From positions 310,001-374,000 of the forward strand of contig OZ251226.1 in assembly GCA_965240325.2 (NCBI GenBank): a stretch of DNA of 64,000 nt, given 5' to 3'. This document shows, in pieces, positions 43,502 to 55,915 of the stretch; the stretch's first letter is position 1, and each line of letters opens with the position of its first letter. The notes under the pieces were generated by a model. That model searched no databases, was not told the DNA's origin, and was given only the letters and a program-made list of their open reading frames with translations. A program made the position numbers and the translations under genes. The DNA comes from Rebecca billardiae RCC1528. Its lineage: Eukaryota; Protista; Haptophyta.

Positions 43502-44857
43502 TACGCCGCACTCGCAGGTCACTGGTCAGCAGGGGTGGTCGCGTTCTTGCACGCCGCAGGGACCGAGCCGACGGGGCGAGGCGGCGGACCGAGGGCGGGC
43601 CGCGGCCCGGGCGGGTCGGGGCAAGGTCACCGGGGAAAGCGCCGCTGTTATTGAGCCACCCGCTGGCCAAGGGTCGCTGGCCCAGGGATGTCACGATTGG
43701 TGCTCCGGAGTCGGGAGTGGGCGATTGGCGGAGTCCGGACGGGCGACCGGACCCGCCAATCGCCCTGGGTGTCCGGGCGTCCGTTTGACCAAGGGGCTTA
43801 ATACAAAGACAAAGACTAATTCTGGAAACCCACGAGAACAAAGGCACGACTTCACGCTGGGGACCAGCCCGTCGCGGGCCTTTATTTGACGCCCTCTGCG
43901 TTTGTCTGTCACCGGGTCACATAAGCGCAATTCGCGTACCCACATACGCGCTCGATAGGACAAAAGCCGCTCGTCGTTCGGTCAAAAGCCGGCTCGTCGT
44001 TCGGCGCTTTGCGTACTCACATTCGCGCGAATCGCATCGGCCCATTCGTCGTGTCGCGAGTTCACACTTCACATTCACACGAACCGTCACTTTCTCGCTA
44101 GACATTTCACGAGCAGAGGGGCGCGCTGATAGTGGCACGCGGGTATCATCTTGCATTGGACTACGAGCATCGGAGCAACCGCGCGGCCTCGCATCGACGA
44201 CGTCCCGTGAAGGACGACAAGGCGGAGAGCCCACGCCATTCCAAGGGTCGCCCTTGCGATTGACGTCTCGTTCGGTCGCGCGACGAGCGGCTCGCGTGCG
44301 GCGCCAAGCGAGAGACGCGGGGCGCGCGGCGGGCGCACGCGCGAGGCTGCCCACCACGCGCACGCGCGCGACCCCGCCGGCTCGGGCGACACGCCGCCGC
44401 CTCAGCTCGAGCACGAGCGCGAGGCGTGGCGCCGGCTCGGTGGGCGGCGGACGGCTCGACCTGCACTGCGGTGCCAGCGGATGAAGCGGCAAGCCCGGCG
44501 GGCGCATACGCGCAGGTCCGCCCTCCACGCGCGAGCGCGCGACTGCGTGTTCCACGAGCTGCAGCAGGCGGCCGCGGGCTGGTCGGCGGCCGGCGAGGTC
44601 GGCGGAGTGCCGCCCGGCCCGCGTTCTCGCTTGGGCGCGGGCCACACTCTCACTCACAGCGCGGGGCGTGGTGCGTCATTGCAGCGCGCACTCCGTGATC
44701 AGACGTGCACACGCGCGCGCGTCGTCAGCCCCGCCGCTGCGCCCCTGTGGCGCCGTTGGCAGCGTCGGAATTCCGAGCTCGGGCTACCGGCCCGGCGTGC
44801 CATCATGCGTTTCAGAAACAGGTTTCCAGCCCAAGTTGACGCGCAGCGCCAACCCAT

Positions 44858-44910
44858 ATTCTAGGATTTAAAGACACAGGCACGAGGGCGCAGCTCTCCT
44901 GATTCGTCTG
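44858..44910 (+). mobile_element. Solo TIR of family A
   Basis: TTCTAGGATTTAAAGACACAGGCACGAGGGCGCAGCTCTCCTGATTCGTCTG. Confidence 0.8.
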
Positions 44911-45167
44911 TCGAAGTACTGAATGGAGTTCAATGGAGGATGTCGGAGCGCGTTGGCCGCGGGTGAGGGAGTCGTCGTATCCGATGCTGAGCACATGGTC
45001 ACTGAGGTAGTAGGCGCCCGGGGATGCCGCTGTTTTGCAGTCGTCGTCGGCCTTGGTCATCATGTAGTTGCCCGCGTCGTCGACCGAGGCTGTTCAAGTT
45101 GATGCCGTAGTGCAGGTAGTGGGTGTGGTCGCCCGGGCCGGTGTGCGCGGCCTAGTGGCCTTGCCGA

Positions 45168-45296
45168 GTTGAGGGAGTAGTCGCCCTTGCCGTTGAGGAA
45201 GTCGTCGTCCTTGCCGTTGAGGAAGTCGTCGCCCTGGCCGCAGAGGAAGTCGTCGCCCTTGCCGTTGAGGATGTCGTCGCCCTGGCCGCTGAGGAT
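45168..45296 (-). repeat. 24-bp tandem repeat (about 5 units) encoding G[KQ]GDD[FI]LN
   Basis: The minus strand translates ILSGQGDDILNGKGDDFLCGQGDDFLNGKDDDFLNGKGDYSLN. Confidence 0.8.
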
Positions 45297-45388
45297 CAGG
45301 ATGCCTGCCCTGCCCGGCTGGGCGCACCTGGCGCGCCACTAGCGCAGTGCAGTGGTATTATTTTTGTAATAAGCCCCTTGGTTTGACG

Positions 45389-46855
45389 ATGGCGGCGCCC
45401 ACGCGGGCTGACGGAACTGTGTGCTTCATCTGTGCACTCGCGACGGCGCCGTTCGTCGGAGCGAGTGCGGCGCTGGCTCCCCACTCGCTCGCATCGTCAT
45501 CACCGGTGTCCCGATATCTGGCCAAGGTGTACCCCACGGCGATCCTCTCGCACGCACTGACCTCCAACGCGCACGAGTGGATCCGAGCCTGTGAGGTGCT
45601 CTACGAGTCAGACGAGCTGCACGCGCTGCCGCACGCGCTCAGGGCAGATGTGTATGCGCGTGGAGAGTACACCTGTGGCCCCCCAGGCGGCCTCGCCATA
45701 CGCCGGTCGTACGGCCATCTCTTCGATGCGCTCGACTGCACGAGGCGCAGCGCGCGCGACTGCCTTGAGCACGTGCGCGCGTTCAGGCCGCGCTGGCTCA
45801 GGGTGCCCGCGCCGGTGTTCGTCGTGCGCGACACGTTCATCGAGGTGACTTGCCTCCACCGCCATCGCCACGGCGAGCAGTCGCTCGAGCCGCCGCGCAC
45901 GTGGGCCGCCGCGCTCGAGCGCTCGCCCGCTGGCTGGCACTTTGTGCCGCGCAAGGGCACCGGCATTTTCTATCGCACTGGGCGCGGATTATTTGCGCCC
46001 TTCAAGAACCAGCTGCTGCACGAGCTGCTGCGCAGGCTCGAGCGCGCGGAGCACACGGGCTCGCGGCTGCGCGCCGCGGTGCCCGCCGAGCTCCTCCCGC
46101 CCGAGCTGTACGCGCGCGGCGGCAGGCAGTCCTTCATGCGCGCGCTCAACCTCACGATCCATGGCACACCGTGCTCGGCTGTGGGCATCAAATGTGCCCG
46201 CGGCGCGCGCGGCGGGCGCGGCGACGCGGTGCTCGACGGCGCGTACGACGCGCTGATCATCGCGCTAGGCCGCGCGCTGGGCTTCGCCACGCTCGGCACG
46301 ACGGCGTCACCGCTCGACCTCCGCGCGTCCTTTGGCGCCGAGCTGATGGACCTCCGGCTCCCGCCTGACCCGGGCGCAAAGGCGCGGCTCAGGCAGCAGG
46401 CGCCGCACGGCCGGCCGAACGCGCTGTCGGCGCTCATGTCGGCGCGCTCGAGCGTGCTGCCAGGGACGCACGCGCAGGCCACACGCCACCGCTCGCCCGC
46501 GCCGAGCACGGCTGCGCTCGCCACCATCAGCGCCGCGCCCGCCACTGACGGCGCCGCCATCGACCTGTTCAGCGCCGTGCGGCGCCACCCGTTCGACACG
46601 CACCCAACGATGACGTGGACGCACGCGCAGGCGCAGGCGTGGGTGTCCGACCTGGTGCGCGCGCGCAGGCTGACGCTGCGCGACCCGTTCGCCACGAGGA
46701 ACGAGTCGCGCGCGCGCGCCTGCGACCTGCCGGCGCAGCCGACGCTGCGGCTCGCGTGCTTTGGCCACGTGTCGTGGCAGGCGCGCTCTGTGCCCAGCCT
46801 CGATGAGCGCCAGTCGCAGTGCCGCTCGTGGCAGCCAGTAGCGCCTGGCGCCTGA
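45389..46855 (+). CDS. Hypothetical protein, possibly secreted
   Basis: Long ORF with coding-like bias, a hydrophobic N-terminus and the motif GWHFVPRKGTGIFYRTGR. Confidence 0.7.
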   Translation: MAAPTRADGTVCFICALATAPFVGASAALAPHSLASSSPVSRYLAKVYPTAILSHALTSNAHEWIRACEVLYESDELHALPHALRADVYARGEYTCGPPGGLAIRRSYGHLFDALDCTRRSARDCLEHVRAFRPRWLRVPAPVFVVRDTFIEVTCLHRHRHGEQSLEPPRTWAAALERSPAGWHFVPRKGTGIFYRTGRGLFAPFKNQLLHELLRRLERAEHTGSRLRAAVPAELLPPELYARGGRQSFMRALNLTIHGTPCSAVGIKCARGARGGRGDAVLDGAYDALIIALGRALGFATLGTTASPLDLRASFGAELMDLRLPPDPGAKARLRQQAPHGRPNALSALMSARSSVLPGTHAQATRHRSPAPSTAALATISAAPATDGAAIDLFSAVRRHPFDTHPTMTWTHAQAQAWVSDLVRARRLTLRDPFATRNESRARACDLPAQPTLRLACFGHVSWQARSVPSLDERQSQCRSWQPVAPGA

Positions 46856-47152
46856 GTCCTGAGTGGCAGTATAGTGAGGAACTACTGCCAATCATCAGCC
46901 GGTTCCTCGTCTAAGTCTAACTCGTCACGCGGGTTACTCTCCGACGGCGGGTCCAGGACCAGTGGCAGCCAGTCTACGACGTGCGGTTACAGCGGTACGG
47001 TACTCCGCCACTCGCCGCGCCTACTCCGATCGGTATAGCCGGCATACGCCGTTCCGCATACGACCGACGCACCGTCGATTCGGTCGAATCACAAATGGCT
47101 ACTTATTTACGTACTATGTATATATATATATATATTGATATACGCTTTTTAA

Positions 47153-47531
47153 TCAGCTGAGCACGATCGGCACGTGCGAGCGGACGAGCGCGTGCCGGCT
47201 GACGACGTGGAGCGCAACCGGCCGCGACGTGCGCGTGAGCGGTACGAGCGGCCCACCGTTCGCCCCTGCGCCCGCCGCCCCCGCGCCCACAGCTGCCTTG
47301 GCCTCCCTGTCCGGCCGCGGCCCCGAGCTGCCCGTGTCGCGCCGCTCGGTCGGTGGCGGCGGCGGCAGCAGACCAAAGGCGAGATCGCTTGCGCGGATGT
47401 AGGCGAGGTAGGCGCGCGTGCGCTTGGCGTGCACAGTGCGCACGCCCCTCTGCGCGCGTCGAGGGCGGCGCGCGCGCGCACGCGCGGCGCATGGCGCGCG
47501 AGGTCCGCTGTCTGTCAGGCGCGGTGCCCCC

Positions 47532-47562
<31 letters not shown>

Positions 47563-50500
47563 CCGCGCGCGCTCGGTCGCGGGGCACACGTGTGCGGTTG
47601 GGGCGCGGCGGCGGCGCGCACACACCTGCACGGTGCACGCCGCCTCGAGCCTTCGCTGCCGCTCCTCGTGCCGCGCGTGCTCGTGTCCCTGCGCGCGCGC
47701 CGCGCGCCGCCTGAAGGTGCCCTGCAGCGTCTCCGCCGCGCGAGATTTGATCTCGGCGTCGTACCGCGCCGCCTCGGCCGTTCGCGTCGCGTCCGCCGAG
47801 TCCTCCACCAGGGCCTCCACGCGCTGCGCCGAGCGCCGCCGCTCGGCGCCGGCGTCGAGCAGCGCGGCGCCGGCCTTGTCCTCCTCGGCGCGGGACTCGG
47901 CTGCCGCGTGCTCCGCGCGCTCGAGCGCCTGCGCGGCGGCGGCGGCCGCCTCGCTCGCGCGCCGCGCCGCCTCGGCCGCGCTCTGCTCGCGCGCGCGCCG
48001 CTCCGGGCTCTGTGTCTCCTCCGCCACGGCCGCAAGCGTCGTCGCCACCTCCGCGGCGCGCGCCGCGCTCACCGCGTCGTTGGCGAGGGTGTCAAGCTCA
48101 GCGAGGGCCGCGGCCGCGCGCTGCTTCGCGGCGAGCGCGGCCTGCGACGCCGCGTCCTCCGCGCGCGCCTGGGCGCGCGCGTTCGCCTCGGCCTCCGCCG
48201 CGGCGCGCGCCGCGGCCGCCGCGCGCGCCTCCGCCGCGGCCGCCGCCTTGTCCGCCGCGGCCGCCTCGCGCGCGAGCGCGTCCGCGGCGGCGCGCAGCTC
48301 GGCCGTCGGGCCGTCAGCGTCTTCGCCGACGGCCGAGTCGTCGGTGCCGTGCCCGGCGTCGTCGAGCTCCGACGCAGTGGGGGTGCGCGAGAGGAGGGTG
48401 CCCCGCCCCTCCTCGCCCGCCGGCGCCGCCGCGGCCGCCCGCGCCGCGCCCTTGGTGATGGCGCTGAGCGCGCTCGCGCCGAGCAGCTCCCGGAGCTGCG
48501 CCGAGTCGAGCGCGCCCTGCAGCGCGGCCGTGGACGCGGACGCGGCGCGGCCGGCGGCGTGCGCGGCGCGCGTCGCCTCGAGCACGGCGGCCGCCTCGGC
48601 CGCGCGCTGAATCACGAGTGTCTTTGTCTCGCGCGCCGCGCGCTCGGCGGCCTGTGCCGCCTGCTCTGCATCGAGCACCGCGGCGGCGAGCTCGGCGCCG
48701 CCCTCCGCCTGCGCGCGCGCGGCGCGCGCCGCCTCGCGCGCGCCGCCCGCGCGGGTCGCGGCGCGCGACGCGGCGGCCTCGGCCAGCGCGAGCCGACTCA
48801 CGGCGTCCGCCTGCGCGACGCGCGCCGCCGCGCCCGCCTCCGCGCGGCGCACGCTCGCCTCCGCCTGCGCGACGCGCGCGGCCGAGAGCTCCTCCGCCGC
48901 GCGCGCCGCCGCCTCGGCGTGCGTGAGCCGCGCGGCCGCGACCAGCTCGGACGAGCGCGCGAGCGCCGTGCGCGCCTCGGCCTCGGCCGTCTTGGCGGCG
49001 GCGCGCATCTCGCCGAGGGCGAGGCCCGCCTCGCCGCCTGCGGCCGCCGCGCGCTGCGCCGCCGCCGCGCGCCGCTCGACCGAGCCCTGCTCCGCCGCCG
49101 GCTGCAGCGCGCGGGAGCCGCGCCGCACGCTCGAGTAGGCGTACGGCTCGGACGGGCGGCGCGACGAGCCGGGCGTCGACTTGCGCGGCCCCGAGTAGGA
49201 GCCTCGCCGGCTGCGGTTCGCGCTGCTGCGCACGAGCGACGACTGCGAGGACATGTTCGAGATTGCGGAGGACTCGGCGGCGATGCCGGTTGAGTAGCGG
49301 CGGCTCAGGATGCCGCGCACGCGCGCCTGGATCAAGATGGCCGCCTGCATCTGCTCGCGCGACGGGCTGAGCCGCACGTTGATCAGCGCGCCGCGCGCGA
49401 CCGCCGCCATGTGCTCGTTGGGCACTTCGGCGAGCGACTCGAGCCGCGCCTCGACCGGCGAGTCGTGGATCGGGTCCATCAGGTCCATGTTACCCAGTAG
49501 CGAGGGCTCGGCGCTGCGGGCGCGCGCGGCGGCGCGGCGGCCGGGCGGCGGCGCGCGCGGCGCGAGGGCGGGCGTGGGTGTGTGTGTGCGTGAGCGCAGC
49601 GGGCGCGCGCCGAGAGGGCGAGAGCGCGCGCTGTCCAGCGAGGGGGGCGGCGCGTGCGGCGGGCGGCACGCCGCGCTCGCGCACGGCACTGCGCCGCCAG
49701 ACGCCTGCGATGAGCCGCGCAGCGCTCCCAAAGCGCAGCCCGGCGCGCGCGCGGTGTGCGCAGCGCGGCACGCAGCGGTGCGCGGCGCGCGCGCGCGGTG
49801 TGCGCGCGGTGTGCGCGCACAGCACGTTCTGCAGGCACGCCGTGCCGTAGTACACCGTCGGCGGGTCATCCGACAGGATGCAGTCGACGAGCAGCGGGAT
49901 CGCGCCCGCCTCCGCGAGCTGCGCCGACGCGCCGAGCGAGGCGAGGTTTGTCAGCGTCGCGAGGCACAGCGCCGCGTGGTGCGAGTCGAACTCCTCCGCC
50001 TCCGCGTCCACCTCCGTCCGCGCCAGCTGCACGATGTGCGGCGCAATGTGCGACTCGGACACGGCGGCCGAGAGCTTGTCCTCCTCGTCGTCCGAGATGC
50101 CGCGCAGCGCGTCGAAGAGGTCGCGGCACGCGACGCGGCGGTCGTCGCGCGGGTTGGAAGGCGCGAGGCGCCACGCGAGCTCGGCCGTCTGCCGGATCAG
50201 CTGGATCCGCCGCTCCACCGCGCGCTCGGCGCGGAGCTGCGTCTCGTTCTCGCGCACCCACACGCGCGCCGCGCGGCCGCGCGCGTACCGCTGCACCGTC
50301 ACGGCCGCGCCATACGCGTCGGCCGTGTTGAAGCGCGCGAGGTCGCGCTCGTGCTGCGTCGCGCCGTCGAGTGGGCCGAGCGGGCCCGGCTCCTCGCGCA
50401 CCCTCGGCGCGGACTGCGCGCGCGCGCCGCGCTTCCACGAGTGCCGCTCGCGAATCTCCCGCTGCTGCTGCTCCGCCATCTGCTCCACCCGCTGCAGCAA

Positions 50501-52342
50501 GGCCTCGGACGCGCCCGAGTTGGGCACCGTCATCAGCAGCGCGAGCGCGGCGCGGCGCGACTCGAGCTCCCAGTCGACGATGGCGGTCTCGAGCGCCTCC
50601 GTGTCCACCGAGCCCTTCGACATGCGCGACGTCCGCCCGGACTCGGCGGGCGTCACCGCGTCGCCCGCCAGCGCAGCCACGTTCGGCTCTCGCAGCGGCG
50701 CGACGAACGAGGGCTCAGAGGCAGGGGGCGCGGGCGGCGGCGAGCGCGCCGCGGGCGGCGGCGAGCGCGCCGCGGGCGGCGGCGGCTCGTGCTTGGGCTG
50801 CTCGTCGTCCTCGTCCGAGTGCGGCGCGGGCGGCGCGTGCGAAGTCGCGTTGCGCGTCGGCGGCGGCGGCTTCGCACCCGCCTCCTCGCCGTCCGATGCA
50901 TCCACCTGCGTGCCCGCGCCGCCGCCGCCGTCTGCCGGTGCGGTTGGCGCTCCGCCCTGCGCCGCGCCCGCAGCCTCCGCCTCTGCCTCCGCCTCTGCCT
51001 CCGCCTCTGCCTGGCGCGCGCGCGCCACGGGCACGGCCGGCTCCTCTGGCGTCTGCGCCTCCGGCTCGACGGGCGCGACGTCGGCGTCCGAGCCCGACGA
51101 CGCCTCGCCCGCCGCCTCGCCCGCCTCGCCCGGCGAGCCCAGCGAGGGGTTGCCAGAGCTGCCGCGCGGACGCACGGCCTCCGCCTCCGCCGCCGCCTCC
51201 GCCTCCGCCGCCGCCTTCGCCTCCGCCGCCGCCGCCCTCTCCGCCGCCTTCGCCGCCGCCTCCTGCGCCGCCGCCTGCTCCGCCGCCTCCACCGCCGCCC
51301 CCGCCGCCTCCGCCCCCGCCGCCGCCGCCATCGCCTCGACCGAGCCCCGCTCGCCCTTGAACTTGGGCCTGGGCACGCCCAGCCTGCGCGAGCCTGACGA
51401 CTGCGACTGCTGGCTCACGTACGACTCCGAGGACAGGACGTTGTGCTCGGACGCGCCGTAGTACGAGGGGTCCATCTCGGCCGCCAGTCCCGCGGCGCTC
51501 GGGTGCGAGATCCGCGACGCCGTCGACTGGCGCGAGAAGCGCTCGCCCGAGCGCGCCGAGCGCGCCGAGCGGAATGAGCCGTCGGACGAGTAGTTCTCCT
51601 CGAGCGCGGCGGTGGCCTGGTACACGAGCTCGAGCGTGGCGGAGGCGAGCTGCACCGACTCCTCGTCCTCGTCCTCCATCATCGTCTGCATCACCTCGCA
51701 CTGCGGCCCGCCCGACTGCGCCACCTCCTGCAGCAGCTCCTCGTCCGAGATCATCGCGAGCACGCCCGCGACGCCGAGCGAGCGCAGCGTGTGCTCGGGC
51801 GAGAGCACGGAGCGGAGGAAGAGGTCGAAGGCGCCGGCCTGCTTGAGGTCGTCGACGGCGCCGAGCCTGGCGAGCGAGACGAGCGAGCCCTCGGCGATGT
51901 GCGCGAGCTCCAGAGTTTCGGGGAAGCACAGCTCGGACGTGAGCTGCACGAGCAGCAGGGCGAGCTGCTCCATCGCGCACGCGGCGATCAGCTCGGCGAG
52001 GTCGTCGGCCGAGCGCTCGATCGCAGGGTCGAGGAGCCCGTGCAGCTCGGCCAGCGGCTCGCGCATCTGTGCGCTCGACTCCGTGTCGAGCAGGCCGGCG
52101 AGGTCACGGATGCGGTCTGCGACCGAGAGGGTGCGCGCGCCCTGCCCCGGAGCGGGCGGCGCTGCCACACCTCCTGCGGCTGCGCGAGCGTGCGCCCCGC
52201 CGCTGGACGCATCAGCGGCTCTTGCGTCAGCCGCCTCGTCCTCCGCGGGTGGCCGCTCGTCGTCCGACATGAGGCCGTCGGCCCGTGCGCCGGGCATGCC
52301 CTCGCCAGGCATGCCCTGCGCCGGCGGTACGCCTTCTGCCAT
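47153..52342 (-). CDS. Large ARM-repeat / IQ-motif / coiled-coil protein (multi-exon)
   Basis: IQ motifs AAVTVQRYARGRAAR, AAILIQARVRGILSR and AAETLQGTFRRRAAR. ARM-like segments LAEAGAIPLLVDCI and LKQAGAFDLFL. Introns at about 49505-49822 and 47450-47628. Confidence 0.72.
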
Positions 52343-52493
52343 TCTGCTGTCGTTTCGAGGTTGGCTGAACGACTGGAGCCGCAGTGGAGCTGGCTTGAGT
52401 CCGGGGGCGGCGGCCTGTGCCTCTCCGGGTCCCGGACTTGATCCATCCAAGGCCAAGCCTCGTGGCGCGAGGACGCGCTCACGGGCAGCCAGC

Positions 52494-53233
52494 ATGAAGT
52501 TCAGCTCGAGTGTAGGCGCACGCCGCGGGCAGCGCTGCGCCTCGTGCGCGGCGGTGCAGGCGGTGGCGAGGCTCTGGGGCTGTGTGGTGTGGTCTCCGAT
52601 GGGAGATCCCGCGCGCCAAGCGCCCTTGGTGCGCGCTCGAGCTGACAGGTGCTGCGGCCGCGGTGCGCACGCGTGTTCCCCGGGTGCAGGTGTCGTCGTC
52701 GAGGCGCAAGTCGCGCAAGGCGCACTTCTCCGCGCCGTCGCATGTGCGGCACAAGCTGATGTCTGCGCCGCTCTCAGCTGAGCTGAAGCAGAAGTACAAC
52801 GTGAACGCCGTCCCCGTGCGCAAGGACGACGAGGTCTCGGTTGTGCGCGGCACCTACAAGGGCCGCGAGGGGAAGGTGATGCAGGTGTACCGCAAGAAGT
52901 GGGTGATCCACATCGAGCGCATCACGCGGGAAAAGGCGAGCGGTGAGTGGCCGCGCCGCGCCACGCGCCCCCGCCGCCGTGCACCGCGTCGGCGCGCGGC
53001 TCCGCCGGCTCACCGCCGCCGCGCGCCTGTCTCGGGGCTCGCTCTCGGCTGCGGCCGCGCGCGCAGGCCAGACCGTGCAGGTCGGCATCGATCCGTCCAA
53101 GACGGTGATCACCAAGCTGAAGATCGACAACGATCGCAAGCGCCTGCTCGACCGCAAGAACTCGAAGGCGCACGAGGCCAAGGGCAAGGGCAAGTACACC
53201 GAGGCCGAGGCAAAAATGCAGGATGTCGATTAA
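52494..53233 (+). CDS. RPL26: 60S ribosomal protein L26 (uL24); exons 52494-52511, 52690-52942, 53067-53233
   Basis: MKFSSS|[29 protein letters not shown]...[11 protein letters not shown]...[19 protein letters not shown]|[16 protein letters not shown] introns restore the frame. Confidence 0.97.
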
Positions 53234-54432
53234 GCGAAAGCCTGGCCGCCGGGGCAGCGGTGGGCGCGCGTGTCCGCTCACGGAGGTGACGTCGGGGCGC
53301 AAGGCCGCCGGTTCGCACGCGGGCTAGCGCGCTGCGTGACGGGGTGCCGTGACGACCGCATCGCGTCCGCTGCCCGCTTCCTGGCCGACATTCGGGCTGA
53401 GACGAGGGACGGTGGGCGCTGCAGACGGCGCCCGCGGGTGCAGGTCGCACTCGGCGCAGCGGTCTGGGCACTACGCCCGCTCCTCGCCATTGCCTTTCTT
53501 TGGCAGGTTTTAAGCCCTTCCCGGAAAGTTTCTCCGTGACTTGTGGCTGGTGGCGGTGGGCCGCCGAAGCCTGGCGAGTACGCTCGGCGTGCATGTCACA
53601 CTCACAGTAGTAACTTAGGTGAGAGTACCAGATCAACAGATTCTAGTTCTACCGTCTCGGTCTCGGACCGGCGTCACCGCCGGGTCAGTGCGGGCGGGTC
53701 ACCGCGTGTCGGCCGTGTCGCCCGCGGCCGCGTGGGCTCTGGCCGCCTCACGACTGCTCAGATGACTATAGCGCTACTGATGAGTGATGACTAATTCTCG
53801 CCTCTCGGCCGTCGTCGGTCTGTCGGACCGCAGGCGCAATCCCGGCACGGTCAGTGACCGAATTAACAGACTCAGAGCATGATATATATATAGTGATTAG
53901 ATGATTCGGTCGTTATGTACACTGATTCAGTGACGACTGATCGGCGCCATCGACTAGCGCTTACATGATGAATATAATTTATGATGTCCGAAGGAATTTT
54001 CAGCAGCAATTTTGATATATATAGATCGCGTCACTCGTATTAGTCGTAACGTCCGAAGGCTGGCGCCTGGCGGCGTCAGGCCGTCAGCATACTATATTGG
54101 GGCCGCTGCGCACGACGACTACTTCAACTAGTGAGTGAGTACTTCGAGACGACGCGTCTGACTCGTCACTCGACGCGTCAGCGTGGCACCGCGACCACCG
54201 TGACCGCGGTGCGGCGCCGGTGGCGCGCGCGCGTCGACGCCAGACGCCACGGTGCGTCGACGAGCTTCCGCTCGGCGATGGAGTGATTTCAAGATTGCTT
54301 GATCATGGGCGACTACGAGGAAGGGGGCGGAGACGTCGACGGCGAGGAGCGCCGATCCTGGTGTTTTTCCCTGCTGCTCGATCTGCTGCTACAGCTTGCT
54401 GAAGTGACGAACTGTGACTGTCAGTGTAACGG

Positions 54433-55710
54433 TCAGTCAGTGTCGCTATGGCAGTGCCTACGCTCAAGCTGACGATCACGATGCTGCGTTGACGACGCAG
54501 TTGATCGTCCGGCGGCGCCGAGTCCTGCGCCGCCATGCGACAATGATGATGTACCCAGTGCCGCCGCAGCTGCCGCCCAGCGCCCTGCGATGGTCATGGC
54601 GCCACCGCCGGTGGCATCGCCGCGACTCGCGCCACACACATATCCCCACCGCTGGCACAGTGACTGGAACGTGTCGTCGGCCCCGACCCTGGAGAGAATG
54701 CGCTCTCCCTCGACTGAAGCCGCCGCCGCGCCCGCCGAGCGCGCCACTGCATCCAATGCCGCAGTGCGGGGCTGCCGGCGTGCACTCGCCGATTTTGCTG
54801 CAGCTGCACTGGCGCCGCCGCCACGCCGACGCTCTTCGGCGGCAACGAGGCGGGAGTCGCGTCGATTGTTCGGCGCGCAGCTCACCGCGGCCGCCTCACC
54901 CGTGCGCAGCGTGTCGCCCGGCCTCGCCGTTCGCAGCTCCTGCAGCTTCTGCGCACGCCCTGCTGCGCGGCCGTGCCGCTTGGCCGCGTCCTCGACGACG
55001 TCGATCGTGGCCGCGTCGGCATGCGCGGCACGGAAAGTGGCGTTGGCCGCGGCCGCGACGGCTGCGAGCACGTCGAACGGTCGCAGCAGCGCGTCCTCAT
55101 AGCGGAGCACCACGTGGGGGATGCACAGCGCGTCAATGGCGGACACCCACTCAGCCCACGCGCTCTCGAGTCGCTCGTAGCGCAGCGAGCCGCCGGGCGC
55201 CGCGCAGAGGAGGGAGGCGCGGGGGAGCTGGTGGGAGCAGCGCGTGAGTGCGCACCAATCCCGGCAGAAGACATTGTAGTGCGCCTTACGCATCGACGCG
55301 AGCCACTGCAGCGGGTGGCGCAGCACGATGACGGACAGCCAGCCGGCCTGCACCGGGAGCGGGTCCCACGCGGCCGGCGAGATGAGCTGCAGCGGCGTGT
55401 GCTTGTGGCAGCCGAAGGGGTAGGGCTGCGACGCGCTGCGGTTCGCGTGCGGCCAGTAGTCGTACACCATCGTATTCAGGTTGCGGTTGATGAGCTGCTG
55501 CACAAAGTTGGTGCCAGAGTTAAAGAGGCCCCGCACCAGCAGCCGGCGCGGCGCGTCGGACGGGCCGGCTTCATCAGACTTCCTACGGCGCCACATGCCG
55601 TCGCGCAGCTCTGGCCTGGAGATGACGAGCGGTGACGGCCCGCCGAGCAGCATGGCGGGGCCCGGCTGAGCATGCAACAGCAGCAGCATCGGCGCGGCTG
55701 GGGCCGCCAT
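54433..55710 (-). CDS. Sulfotransferase-like protein
   Basis: 5'-PSB-like GLFNSGTN, KHTP, 3'-PB-like VLRHPLQWLASM, and VLRYEDAL. Confidence 0.72.
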   Translation of the reverse strand: MAAPAAPMLLLLHAQPGPAMLLGGPSPLVISRPELRDGMWRRRKSDEAGPSDAPRRLLVRGLFNSGTNFVQQLINRNLNTMVYDYWPHANRSASQPYPFGCHKHTPLQLISPAAWDPLPVQAGWLSVIVLRHPLQWLASMRKAHYNVFCRDWCALTRCSHQLPRASLLCAAPGGSLRYERLESAWAEWVSAIDALCIPHVVLRYEDALLRPFDVLAAVAAAANATFRAAHADAATIDVVEDAAKRHGRAAGRAQKLQELRTARPGDTLRTGEAAAVSCAPNNRRDSRLVAAEERRRGGGASAAAAKSASARRQPRTAALDAVARSAGAAAASVEGERILSRVGADDTFQSLCQRWGYVCGASRGDATGGGAMTIAGRWAAAAAALGTSSLSHGGAGLGAAGRSTASSTQHRDRQLERRHCHSDTD

Positions 55711-55915
55711 CGTGCATGCGTGATCCAAGTTTTCAAGTCAGGCGCATTTTCCGACGGGCGGCGGCGCCGTGGCGGAAAGAATAAAAATCTTGCGCCGGCC
55801 CGCTGCACCCAGGCTCGGGCGGCAAGCTTGCACGTGAGCAGTGGCAGCGGCCCAGAGCGATTCTCGGCCTCCGAATCCTCCTTTCACGCACGCGCTGTCG
55901 GGACGCGCGGCAGGG

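Noticed and set aside
45168-45296. Short direct repeats as a CRISPR array
   Set aside because: The 24-bp units are contiguous without unique spacers, there are no cas genes, and the context is eukaryotic.
47174-52781. Long plus-strand ORFs (478-695 aa) overlapping the ARM/IQ gene
   Set aside because: They are stop-poor antisense frames caused by extreme GC and carry no domains.
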